A DNA stretch of 33,791 nt from Betaproteobacteria bacterium (GCA_043744975.1 JAYTTO010000054.1:1-33791), one strand, 5' to 3'. Shown: positions 15,716 through 24,250, counted from the stretch's first letter. Notes: generated by a model not told the origin, from the sequence alone. Program-made: numbers and translations.

Positions 15716-17134
15716 CTATTCGATTGCCTTCACGATGTCCGCCACCACCTTCTTGGCGTCGCCGAACACCATCATCGTCTTGTCCATGTAGAACAGCGGA
15801 TTGTCCAGGCCGGCGTAGCCCGATGCCATCGAGCGCTTGTTGACGATTACGGTACGCGCCTTGTGCGCTTCGAGGATCGGCATGCCGTAGATCGCGCTGC
15901 CCTTCACTTCCGCCAGCGGATTGACGACGTCGTTGGCGCCGAGGATCAGGGCGACGTCCGCGGTCCCGAACTCGCCGTTGATGTCCTCCATCTCGAACAC
16001 CTGGTCGTAGGGAATCTCGGCCTCCGCCAACAGGACGTTCATGTGGCCGGGCATGCGACCGGCAACCGGGTGGATCGCGTAGCGCACCTGTACGCCCTTG
16101 GCGGTGAGCTTGGCGGCCAGCTCCTTGACCGCATGCTGGGCCCGCGCCACCGCCAGCCCGTAGCCGGGAACGATGATGACGCTCTCGGCGTTCGACATGA
16201 GGAAGGCCACGTCCTCGGCGCTGCCGGACTTGGCCGTCTTCTGCTCGCCGCCGGTGACGGCGGGCCCGGTCTCGCCGCCGAAACCGCCCAGGAGCACGTT
16301 GAAGAACGACCGGTTCATCGCCTTGCACATGATGTAGGACAAGATCGCACCCGACGACCCGACGAGCGAGCCGGCGATGATCAGCATCGGGTTGTTGAGC
16401 GAGAAACCGATGCCCGCGGCTGCCCAGCCCGAATACGAATTGAGCATCGACACCACCACGGGCATGTCGGCGCCGCCGATCGGGATGATGATGAGGACGC
16501 CGATGACGAAACTGAGTGCGAGCATCGCGAAGAAGGCCGGCCAGCTCTCGGTGGCGATGAAGACGATGCCGAATCCGACCAGGGCAAGCCCGAGCAGCAG
16601 GTTGACCACGTGCTGGCCCTTGAACACCACCGGTGCGCCCTGGAACAGCCGGAACCTGTACTTGCCAGAGAGCTTGCCGAAGGCGATCACCGACCCGCTG
16701 AAGGTGACGGCGCCGATGGCCGCGCCGAGGAAGAGCTCCAACCGGTTGCCGCCGGGGATCGCAGCGCCGTGCGCCGTAATGCCCAGCGCCCAGGGTTCGG
16801 CCACGGCAGCAACCGCGATGAAGACCGCCGCCAGGCCGATCATGCTGTGCATGAACGCCACCAGCTCCGGCATCTTGGTCATCTCGACACGGTTCGCCAT
16901 CACGGCACCCGCGCCGCCGCCCACGACCAGCCCCGCCAGCACGTAACCCAGCCCGGCCGCGCCGCTCACGCTCAGTTCGACGATCAGCGCTGCCGTGGTC
17001 AGCACCGCGATCGCCATCCCGATCATGCCGAACAGGTTGCCCAGCCGGGACGTGCCCGGATGCGACAGCCCCTTCAGCGCCTGGATGAAACAGATCGAGG
17101 CAACCAGGTACAGCAGGGTGACTACGTTCATCAT
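15716..17134 (-). CDS. pntB: NAD(P) transhydrogenase subunit beta
   Basis: MMNVVTLLYLVASICFIQALKGLSHP... has the typical PntB N-terminus. The C-terminal dIII domain contains GYGLAVA..AQH and NVLLAEA. The start overlaps the pntAB stop (ATGA). Confidence 0.95.
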   Translation of the reverse strand: MMNVVTLLYLVASICFIQALKGLSHPGTSRLGNLFGMIGMAIAVLTTAALIVELSVSGAAGLGYVLAGLVVGGGAGAVMANRVEMTKMPELVAFMHSMIGLAAVFIAVAAVAEPWALGITAHGAAIPGGNRLELFLGAAIGAVTFSGSVIAFGKLSGKYRFRLFQGAPVVFKGQHVVNLLLGLALVGFGIVFIATESWPAFFAMLALSFVIGVLIIIPIGGADMPVVVSMLNSYSGWAAAGIGFSLNNPMLIIAGSLVGSSGAILSYIMCKAMNRSFFNVLLGGFGGETGPAVTGGEQKTAKSGSAEDVAFLMSNAESVIIVPGYGLAVARAQHAVKELAAKLTAKGVQVRYAIHPVAGRMPGHMNVLLAEAEIPYDQVFEMEDINGEFGTADVALILGANDVVNPLAEVKGSAIYGMPILEAHKARTVIVNKRSMASGYAGLDNPLFYMDKTMMVFGDAKKVVADIVKAIE

Positions 17135-17445
17135 CAGCCCGCCCCCCCGGTCTTGCGCTCTTTCTTCTTGAACATCTGCAGCATCCGGCGCGTCACGAGG
17201 AACCCGCCGAACACATTGACTGCCGCCAGTGCGACTGCAAGGACCCCCATGGTCTTGCCCAGGCCGGTCTCGGTCAGGGCGGCGGCGAGCATGGCGCCGA
17301 CGATGACGATCGCCGAGACCGCGTTGGTCACGGCCATGAGCGGGGTGTGCAGCGCCGGGGTGACGTTCCAGACCACGTGGTAGCCGACATAGATGGCAAG
17401 CACGAAGATCGTGATATTGATGACGGTATGGCTGACGACTTCCAA
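17134..17445 (-). CDS. pntA: NAD(P) transhydrogenase subunit alpha part 2 (membrane dII segment)
   Basis: I infer a TTG start at 17443-17445, 4 nt after GGAGAA, because there is no in-frame ATG before the conserved block. The block reads TIFVLAIYVGYHVVWNVTPALHTPLMAVTNAVSAIVIVGA, typical of PntAB. The 364-aa version in the ORF track is an artefact. Confidence 0.75.
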   Translation of the reverse strand: MEVVSHTVINITIFVLAIYVGYHVVWNVTPALHTPLMAVTNAVSAIVIVGAMLAAALTETGLGKTMGVLAVALAAVNVFGGFLVTRRMLQMFKKKERKTGGAG

Positions 17446-17456
17446 GAGGTTCTCCG

Positions 17457-18581
17457 TTACTTGCGGGCGAGTTCGCCACCGCTGCAGGCCAGCGTGCCCG
17501 CAACGATCTCGTCCTCGCGATTGAGCTTGAACTCGCCAGTCTTCGGGTCGAGCATGAGGGCGAGGAAGTTGAGCAGATTGCGGGCGTAGAGCGCGCTCGC
17601 GTCGGCCGCGACCAGTGCCGGAATATTGGCGATGCCGACCAGGTGCACGCCGTGTTTCACGACGGTTCGATCGATTTCCGACAACGGGCAGTTGCCACCC
17701 TGCTCCACCGCCATGTCGACGATCACCGAACCCTGGCGCATGGTCTTTACCATGTCCTCCGTCACCAGGACCGGCGCCGGTCGCCCGGGAATGAGGGCGG
17801 TGGTGATGACGATGTCGGCCTGCTTGATCCGCTCCGCGATCAGCGCCGCCTGCCGCTTCTTGTAGTCCTCGCCCATGTCGCGCGCATAGCCGCCCTGGCC
17901 CTTGGCGAGCTCTTTTTCCGCATCGGTGAGCGGGACATCGATGAATTTGGCCCCGAGCGACTCGACCTGCTCCTTGGTGTCCGGCCGCACGTCGGTGGCC
18001 TCGACCATCGCGCCGAGCCGCTTCGCCGTCGCGATCGCCTGCAGGCCCGCCACGCCCACCCCCATGATCACCACCCGCGCCGCCTTGATGGTGCCCGCGG
18101 CAGTCATCAGCATGGGCATCATGCGCCCATAGGTGTTGGCACCGATCAGCACGGCCTTGTAGCCGGCGAGGTTGGCCTGCGACGACAGCACGTCCATGCT
18201 CTGGGCGCGGGAGATACGCGGCAGCCATTCCATCGCGAAGCCGGTGACCCCCCGGGCGGCCAGTGCCTGCAGACCCTCGCTGCGGTGCGGCGCAAGCAGG
18301 CCGATCACGATCTGGTCCTTGCGCAGCGACGCCAGTTCGTCGGTATCCGGCCCCCTGACCTTGAGAATCAGGTCGGCGCCGGCATAGACCTCGGCGGCCG
18401 ACGCGGCAATCGAGGCACCCGCGGCAACGAACTCGGCGTCGCTGATGGACGACCCGACGCCGGCGCCGGATTGCACCACGATCTTGTTGAAACCGCCTGC
18501 CGCGTACTTCTTGACGGTCTCGGGCGTAGCGGCAACCCGCGTCTCACCCGGCCTGGTCTCCGCCGGAATCCCGATATGCAT
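17457..18581 (-). CDS. pntA: NAD(P) transhydrogenase subunit alpha part 1 (dI, NAD(H)-binding)
   Basis: The translation contains MHIGIPAETRPGETRVAATPETVKKY and the Rossmann motif VVIMGVGVAGLQAIATAKRLGA. A GGAGG lies upstream of the ATG. Confidence 0.95.
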   Translation of the reverse strand: MHIGIPAETRPGETRVAATPETVKKYAAGGFNKIVVQSGAGVGSSISDAEFVAAGASIAASAAEVYAGADLILKVRGPDTDELASLRKDQIVIGLLAPHRSEGLQALAARGVTGFAMEWLPRISRAQSMDVLSSQANLAGYKAVLIGANTYGRMMPMLMTAAGTIKAARVVIMGVGVAGLQAIATAKRLGAMVEATDVRPDTKEQVESLGAKFIDVPLTDAEKELAKGQGGYARDMGEDYKKRQAALIAERIKQADIVITTALIPGRPAPVLVTEDMVKTMRQGSVIVDMAVEQGGNCPLSEIDRTVVKHGVHLVGIANIPALVAADASALYARNLLNFLALMLDPKTGEFKLNREDEIVAGTLACSGGELARK

Positions 18582-18673
18582 CCCTGCCTTGCCTCCGTGC
18601 AGCAGGCTCGAAGGCCCGCGATTGGATTGTCATGGGGGAGGGAACCGGCACCGGCACCCCCTTAAAGCGCGCC

Positions 18674-18679
18674 ATTATA
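18674..18679 (-). promoter_or_regulatory. Candidate -10 hexamer (TATAAT on minus strand) for pntAA
   Basis: This is a perfect TATAAT in a GC-rich spacer about 90 nt upstream of the pntAA ATG. I found no convincing -35. Confidence 0.3.
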
Positions 18680-18749
18680 GGAGATGCTGCGCCGGCCACG
18701 CCAGAAACAACTGCGAAGGGGAAGTCCCGCCCGATGCCGCCGCGGCACC

Positions 18750-18755
18750 TATAAT
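18750..18755 (+). promoter_or_regulatory. Candidate -10 hexamer (TATAAT) 12 nt upstream of the mutL ATG
   Basis: This is a perfect TATAAT. If it is used, the mutL mRNA would be nearly leaderless. Confidence 0.3.
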
Positions 18756-18767
18756 CGCATCAGTGCC

Positions 18768-20555
18768 ATGGCTTCGATCCGCGTCCTGCCCGACCAACTC
18801 GTCAACCAGATCGCCGCCGGCGAAGTGGTCGAACGCCCCGCGGCCGCCCTCAAGGAACTCCTCGAGAACAGCCTGGATGCCGGCGCGCGCGCGATTTCGG
18901 TGGTGCTGCGGGAGGGCGGAATGCGCCAGATCCGGGTCCAGGACGACGGCGCCGGGATCGTACCCGAGGAACTGGCCACCGCTCTCGCCCGGCACGCCAC
19001 CAGCAAGATCGCGTCGCTGGAGGATCTGGAGCGGGTCGCAAGCCTGGGCTTTCGCGGCGAAGCACTTGCCAGCATCGCCTCGGTGTCGCAACTCACCCTG
19101 ACCAGCCGGGCCGCCGGACAGCGCCACGCCTGGCGCATCGACAGCAACGGTGGCGCCCTTGGGCTTCCCGGGCCCGCCGCGCTCGACGGCGGCACCGTCG
19201 TCGATGCGCTCGACCTGTTCTACAACACCCCGGCGCGCCGCAAGTTCCTCAAGACCGAGGCCACCGAGTATGCCCACACCGAAGAAGCCTTCCGCCGCGT
19301 GGCGCTCTCGCGGCCCGATGTGGCCCTCCAGCTCACACATAACGGGCGCGCCGTCTGGCGGATGGGGCCGCAGGCCATGGAAGCACGGGTGTCGGCCGTG
19401 CTCGGGCCGGCGTTCAGCGAGGCATGCATGCCGATCGGGGAGAGCGCCGGACCGATGCGGCTCTCGGGGCTGATCGGACTACCCGCGGCGGCACGCTCAT
19501 CCCGCGATGCGCAGTACGTATTCGTAAACGGACGCTTTGTACGCGACAAGCTGCTGTCGCACGCGCTGCGGGTGGGCTATCGCGACGTGCTGCATGGCGA
19601 TCGCCATCCGGCGTTCGTGCTGTTCATCGAGATCGCTCCCGAAGCCGTCGACGTGAACGTCCATCCGACCAAGACCGAGGTCCGGTTTCGCGACAGCCGT
19701 GCCGTCCACCAGTTCGTGCTCCATGCGGTCGAGCGCGCGTTGGCGCGAACACAGCCGGGAGTCGCCGAACAACCCGCGGCGCCGGCACGCGCATGGCTCG
19801 AACGCGTTGCCGCCGGCAATCTTCGCCAGGCGAGCGCCCCGCTCGGTGCCGCCGAACCGCTGGCGTTCTATCAGCGACTCTACGGCCCGGCGCCCGCCGC
19901 CGACGCGGCGGCGATGGTCGTGGAAGCCGCGCCTGCAACCATGGTGACGACTGCTGCCGATGGCGGGGCCGAGCATCCTCTCGGGTTCGCACTGGCCCAA
20001 CTGTCGGGCGTGTACATCCTCGCCCAGAACCGCAAGGGCCTGGTGGTCGTCGACATGCATGCCGCGCATGAACGCATCGTCTACGAGCGGCTGAAGCAGG
20101 CGCTCGACCGCGCCGACGTGCCGGCGCAACAACTGCTGATCCCGGCGACCCTCGTCGCCACCCCGGTCGAAGTGGCGACGGTGGCCGACAACATCGACCT
20201 GCTGGCGCAGCTCGGCGTCGAGATGACCGTGCTGTCGCCGACGAGCATCGTGGTACGTTCCGTTCCCGCATTGCTGGCCGGCGCGGATCCTGCCGCCATG
20301 GCCCGGGACCTGTTGCGCGAAATCGCCGAAGTCGGCTCGAGCCGCGTGCTCACCGATCGCCGCGACGATCTGCTCGGCACACTGGCCTGCCATACCGCCG
20401 TGCGGGCAAACCGCACACTCACTCTCGCCGAGATGAACGCTCTGCTGCGGGACATGGAAGCGACCGACCGGGCCGACCAGTGCAACCATGGCAGACCGAC
20501 GTGGCACCAGTTCGCCCTCGCCGACTTCGACCGGCTGTTCCTGCGCGGACGCTGA
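18768..20555 (+). CDS. mutL: DNA mismatch repair endonuclease MutL
   Basis: MASIRVLPDQLVNQIAAGEVVERPAAALKELLENSLDAGA is the GHKL ATPase N-terminus. FYNTPARRKFLK and the C-terminal CNHGRPT block are also present. Confidence 0.95.
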   Translation: MASIRVLPDQLVNQIAAGEVVERPAAALKELLENSLDAGARAISVVLREGGMRQIRVQDDGAGIVPEELATALARHATSKIASLEDLERVASLGFRGEALASIASVSQLTLTSRAAGQRHAWRIDSNGGALGLPGPAALDGGTVVDALDLFYNTPARRKFLKTEATEYAHTEEAFRRVALSRPDVALQLTHNGRAVWRMGPQAMEARVSAVLGPAFSEACMPIGESAGPMRLSGLIGLPAAARSSRDAQYVFVNGRFVRDKLLSHALRVGYRDVLHGDRHPAFVLFIEIAPEAVDVNVHPTKTEVRFRDSRAVHQFVLHAVERALARTQPGVAEQPAAPARAWLERVAAGNLRQASAPLGAAEPLAFYQRLYGPAPAADAAAMVVEAAPATMVTTAADGGAEHPLGFALAQLSGVYILAQNRKGLVVVDMHAAHERIVYERLKQALDRADVPAQQLLIPATLVATPVEVATVADNIDLLAQLGVEMTVLSPTSIVVRSVPALLAGADPAAMARDLLREIAEVGSSRVLTDRRDDLLGTLACHTAVRANRTLTLAEMNALLRDMEATDRADQCNHGRPTWHQFALADFDRLFLRGR

Positions 20556-20626
20556 AGTGGGGACGGCCCCCCAATCTCGCTGCGCGCGTTACCCCCCAAT
20601 GGGGAGCTCGCCTTGCCAGGCGAGCT
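20556..20626. repeat. Degenerate REP-family fragments plus an 8-bp hairpin (20605-20612 / 20619-20626) in the mutL-miaA spacer
   Basis: GGCCCCCCAAT and TACCCCCCAATGGGGA resemble the CCCCCCATTGGGGGG core. AGCTCGCC-TTGCCA-GGCGAGCT forms a perfect stem. Confidence 0.5.
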
Positions 20627-20744
20627 GCGGCCGGACACCGACAGTCCCTGCGGAGGGTCTGTGCCTGCCGCAGGAGAGCGGACTCCGGTCGCTGGCGGCC
20701 CGTCGCGCGGCGTCCGGACGCGTTACGCCCGGCTTGAAGCAGCG

Positions 20745-21701
20745 ATGAATGCGGTGCGCGATCACCGGCCCGATGCGCCGACTGTCGTCCTGATCATGGG
20801 GCCGACAGCGAGCGGCAAGACCCGGGCATCGCTCGCGCTGGCCGCGCACCTGCACACGGAGATCGTGAGTGTCGATTCGGCGCAGATCTACCGGGGCATG
20901 GACATCGGTACCGCCAAGCCCGATGCCGCCGAGCGCGGCGGCGTGCCGCACCATCTCATCGACATCATCGATCCCGATCAGCGCTACTCCGCGGCCCGGT
21001 TCGCGGGCGACGCGCTCGCGACGATTCACGACATCGTCGGTCGCGGCCGCATTCCGATACTGAGCGGCGGCACCATGCTCTACTTCAAGGCCCTGCGCGA
21101 AGGTCTGTCGGACCTGCCCGAGGCGGATCCGGACATGCGCGCGGTGATTGACGGCATGGCGCGGGACATCGGCTGGCCCGCCTTGCATCAGACGCTGGCG
21201 ACGCTGGACCCGGTCTCTGCAGCCCGGCTCGATCCGAACGATTCCCAGCGCATCCAGCGAGCGCTGGAGGTGTGCTGGATCACAGGCCGGCCGATGACCG
21301 AGGTCATCGCCGATGCCCGCCGCCTGCCGGCACCGTTCCGGTTCGTGCCGGTGGCGCTCGTGCCGGCCGACCGGTCGATACTGCACGCCAGGATCGCCGC
21401 GCGCTTCGAAACCATGCTGGAACTCGGCCTCGTCGACGAGGTCCGGCGGCTCCGGGCCGCATTCGCGCTGAAGCCGACGATGACGTCGATGCGGTGCGTC
21501 GGCTACCGCCAGACCTGGGACTACCTCGACGGCGCGTTCGGCCTTGCCACGCTGCGGGACAAGGCGGTCGCCGCCACCCGGCAACTCGCCAAACGGCAGC
21601 TGACCTGGCTGCGATCGATGCCGGATGCGCTCCGGCTCGACTGCCTCGACGAAGCGCTCGACAGCCGGGTGACGGAACTGGTCGAGGCACACCTGCCGTG
21701 A
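20745..21701 (+). CDS. miaA: tRNA dimethylallyltransferase
   Basis: The translation contains [13 protein letters not shown] (P-loop), [25 protein letters not shown] and QRIQRALEV. Confidence 0.95.
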   Translation: MNAVRDHRPDAPTVVLIMGPTASGKTRASLALAAHLHTEIVSVDSAQIYRGMDIGTAKPDAAERGGVPHHLIDIIDPDQRYSAARFAGDALATIHDIVGRGRIPILSGGTMLYFKALREGLSDLPEADPDMRAVIDGMARDIGWPALHQTLATLDPVSAARLDPNDSQRIQRALEVCWITGRPMTEVIADARRLPAPFRFVPVALVPADRSILHARIAARFETMLELGLVDEVRRLRAAFALKPTMTSMRCVGYRQTWDYLDGAFGLATLRDKAVAATRQLAKRQLTWLRSMPDALRLDCLDEALDSRVTELVEAHLP

Positions 21702-21737
21702 GGTGTGCGGGTCGGCCCGCGAAACGGGCAGCCCCAA

Positions 21738-21991
21738 GCGCAGTACCCCCCGATCGGGGGGTGCCGACCGCAGGAAGGCTGGGGTTGCAACACCAAGCGC
21801 AGGAAGGCTGGGGTTACGACATCAAGCGAAGGGACACAGCGCCCGCCCGGCCGCCCGAAGGGCGCTGGCCCCCCCATTGGGCGGTGCCGACCAAAGGAAG
21901 GCTGGGGGGCAGGCGCAGCGCCGGGCCGTCCCAAGCAAGCCGCCCCCCATTGGGGGGTGCCGACCAAAGGAAGGCTGGGGGGGTTGTAACC
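21738..21991. repeat. REP/BIME-like cluster: three full units plus one partial, with spacers
   Basis: Units lie at about 21738-21785 (core CCCCCCGATCGGGGGG, a perfect 16-nt palindrome at 21746-21761), 21862-21909 (degenerate core) and 21939-21991. A partial duplication, CAAGCGCAGGAAGGCTGGGGT, lies at 21794-21814. The cluster sits between the convergent stops of miaA and the GlcG-like gene. Confidence 0.85.
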
Positions 21992-22486
21992 TCACGGCAT
22001 CGCCGCCAGCGCCTCCGCACCGGCCTTGGCCACCATACCGTCCTGCTGCGAGGTCACGCCCGACACCCCGATCGCACCGATCATCTGACCCTGGTAGACC
22101 AGCGGCACCCCGCCTTCGAGCGGGAGGATGCCGAGATCGACCAAGCCGAGGATGGCCGTGCGCCCGCCCGCGATCGCATCTTCGAATACCTTGGTCGGCC
22201 GCTTGAAGTTGATTGCGGTGCGCGCCTTGCGCTGCGCCACCTCGATGCTGCCGTTCTGCGTGCCGTCCAGGCGTTGCAGGTAGACCAGGTGGCCGCCGTC
22301 GTCGACCACGGCGATCACGACGTTCCAGGAATTCCTGACAGCTTCCGCCTCCGCCGCCGCAGCGACCTTGCGCGCGAGTTCGAGCGTGACGGCCTTCTTG
22401 TCGGTGGTCTGGGCGGGCGCGTCGAGGGCAGCGGCGAGGCCGACTGCCACCAGGGCGATGCCGACTGCATGTCTGAACCAGTTCAT
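21992..22486 (-). CDS. GlcG/HbpS-like (DUF336) heme-binding family protein, exported
   Basis: It has a signal peptide (MNWFRHAVGIALVAVGLAAALDAPAQT) and the DUF336 block GGVPLVYQGQMIGAIGVSGVTSQQD. A GGAGGA RBS precedes the start. Confidence 0.8.
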   Translation of the reverse strand: MNWFRHAVGIALVAVGLAAALDAPAQTTDKKAVTLELARKVAAAAEAEAVRNSWNVVIAVVDDGGHLVYLQRLDGTQNGSIEVAQRKARTAINFKRPTKVFEDAIAGGRTAILGLVDLGILPLEGGVPLVYQGQMIGAIGVSGVTSQQDGMVAKAGAEALAAMP

Positions 22487-22574
22487 GGATGTTCCTCCGG
22501 GGATTGTTGGTTGCCGAACGCACGCCGCAAAGCGCGACGCCGGTAGCGACGATACGCCAGCGCCTGGGCACTGT

Positions 22575-23918
22575 TCAATCGGCCGCGTCGCTCACCGCAG
22601 TCACCAATGCGCTCGCCGTGCCTCGAGCGAGCGTGATCTCGATCCGTTGCCCCGCCGCCAGCCGTGATGCCTCACGCACGACCTTGCCGTCGGCGTCGCG
22701 CACGATGCCGTAACCACGGTCCAGCACCGCCTGCGGATCGAGCAGGCGCAGGGCCGCGCGAGCGCCGTCGAGGCGACCGCCCAGGTCGCGCAGATGCGCT
22801 CTGTGCGCCGCGGCGAGGCGGGCGCCGGCGTCGCCGCGGCGTCGGCGCCCGAGCGCGACATCGGGCGCTGTGTGCCGCAATCGGGCAGCGAGCACCGCGA
22901 CGGAATCGGCGCGCTCGGCGGCAAGCCGCGCACCCGCCCGATGCAGGCGAATGCGCAATTGCCCGAGGAGTTGCTGCCGGAACTCAAGCTGCTGCGCCGG
23001 ATGCCGCAGTCGTGCCGCGAGAAAATCCATCTGTTGCGCCCGGCGCTCGCTGCCGCGCCGCCAGTGCCGGGCAAGGCTCGCGGCCCGGCCGACGAGTTGG
23101 CGACGCAGGCCCGGTCCGTCCGGACTCACCAGTTCGGCCGCCGCCGTCGGCGTCGGCGCGCGGGCGTCGGCGACGAAATCGACGATGGTGAAGTCGGTTT
23201 CGTGGCCGACCCCGGCGACGATCGGGATCGGACTCGCCGCGACCGCACGCGCCACGATCTCCTCGTTGAACGACCACAGGTCCTCGAGACTGCCGCCGCC
23301 CCGGCACAGGACAACGACGTCGACCTCGGCGCGCCGCCCGGCGGTCTCGATCGCCGCCGCGATCTGGCGGGCAGCGCCATCGCCCTGGACCGGGGTCGGG
23401 TAGACGATCACCGGCAGCCCCGGCATCCGGCGACGCAGCGTCGTCAGGACGTCCCGCAGCGCCGCCGCCTGGAGCGAGGTCACCACGCCCACGGCCAGGG
23501 GAAACGGCGGCAGGGGTCGCTTGCGCTCGGGCGCGAACAGTCCCTCTGCGGCGAGCGTGCGCTTGAGGCGCTCGAACCGTTCGTGCAGCGCGCCCGCCCC
23601 GGCGCGGCGCATGGCCTCGACGTTGAGCTGGAAATCGCCGCGTGGTTCGTAGAGCGTCGCGAGCGCCCTCACCTCCACCTGCACCCCGTTGCCCGGCGGC
23701 CAGCCGAGCTGCTGGACGCGCTGGCGGAACATCACGCAACGAACCTGCGCGCCTTCGTCCTTGATCGAGAAATAGCAGTGGCCGGAAGCGGCCCGGGTAA
23801 AGTTCGAGATCTCGCCGGCGACCCACGCCAGCGGCACGCCACCTTCGATCAGGCCGCGGACCACGGCGTTGAGTTCGGTGACCGAGATCACTCGCGATAG
23901 CGGCTGCGCAGATTCCAT
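22575..23918 (-). CDS. xseA: Exodeoxyribonuclease VII large subunit
   Basis: ATG at 23916-23918 gives MESAQPLSRVISVTELNAVVRGLIEGGVPLAWVAGEISNFTRAASGHCYFSIKD, the OB-fold N-terminus. GRGGGSLEDLW and PIVAGVGHETDFTI are also present. Confidence 0.93.
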   Translation of the reverse strand: MESAQPLSRVISVTELNAVVRGLIEGGVPLAWVAGEISNFTRAASGHCYFSIKDEGAQVRCVMFRQRVQQLGWPPGNGVQVEVRALATLYEPRGDFQLNVEAMRRAGAGALHERFERLKRTLAAEGLFAPERKRPLPPFPLAVGVVTSLQAAALRDVLTTLRRRMPGLPVIVYPTPVQGDGAARQIAAAIETAGRRAEVDVVVLCRGGGSLEDLWSFNEEIVARAVAASPIPIVAGVGHETDFTIVDFVADARAPTPTAAAELVSPDGPGLRRQLVGRAASLARHWRRGSERRAQQMDFLAARLRHPAQQLEFRQQLLGQLRIRLHRAGARLAAERADSVAVLAARLRHTAPDVALGRRRRGDAGARLAAAHRAHLRDLGGRLDGARAALRLLDPQAVLDRGYGIVRDADGKVVREASRLAAGQRIEITLARGTASALVTAVSDAAD

Positions 23919-24194
23919 GGTCCCGGATTCTATCGGAGCGGTCCGGGCCGCCCGAATCGCGAGCCCGATCCGACACGCAGCCGCGGTGCAGACCGAAATC
24001 TCCCGGCGCACGGACCCTCGGGCCACAACAGTCACCCGGATGCAACAACCTTCCGCAACCGGCCAGCCCAGAGAAAGGGATAACACAACCAACTGTTTAA
24101 ATTGTGGTTTATTTTCGCTCAAGTTTTGCGCAACCAAGCAAAAGGCCTTGCCTGCAGCCGACTTACAGGCGCTTTCGACAAGCTGTGCACAGCG

Positions 24195-24217
24195 TTATCC
24201 ACAGCAATTGTGGACAA
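24195..24217. promoter_or_regulatory. Inverted pair of DnaA-box-like 9-mers: TTATCCACA (24195-24203), 5 nt, TGTGGACAA (24209-24217)
   Basis: The first box is an exact match to the high-affinity DnaA-box consensus TTATCCACA. The second, read on the other strand, is TTGTCCACA (8 of 9). The whole element GTTATCCACA-N5-TGTGGACAAC is an inverted repeat with one mismatch. Confidence 0.45.
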
Positions 24218-24250
24218 CGTCGGCCGCCGGGACCCGATGCGCCGCACCTG

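Noticed and set aside
17134-18228. A 364-aa minus-strand ORF overlaps pntAA.
   Set aside because: Only its last 103 codons, from TTG 17445, match the PntA membrane segment. The upstream part overlaps the well-supported pntAA frame and is an R/G-rich artefact.
22575-24137. A longer xseA could start at ATG 24137 (520 aa).
   Set aside because: The extra 73 codons have mixed third-position composition, cross the AT-rich island and add nothing resembling XseA. Starting at MESAQPLSRVISVTELN gives the usual distance to the OB-fold block.
24085-24217. The DnaA boxes plus the AT-rich stretch might be the chromosomal replication origin.
   Set aside because: There is only one perfect and one 8-of-9 box, with at most weak extras. 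There is no array of boxes, no clear 13-mer-type DUE repeats and no dnaA, dnaN, gidA or parAB neighbourhood. A regulatory or DnaA-titrating site is more plausible than oriC.
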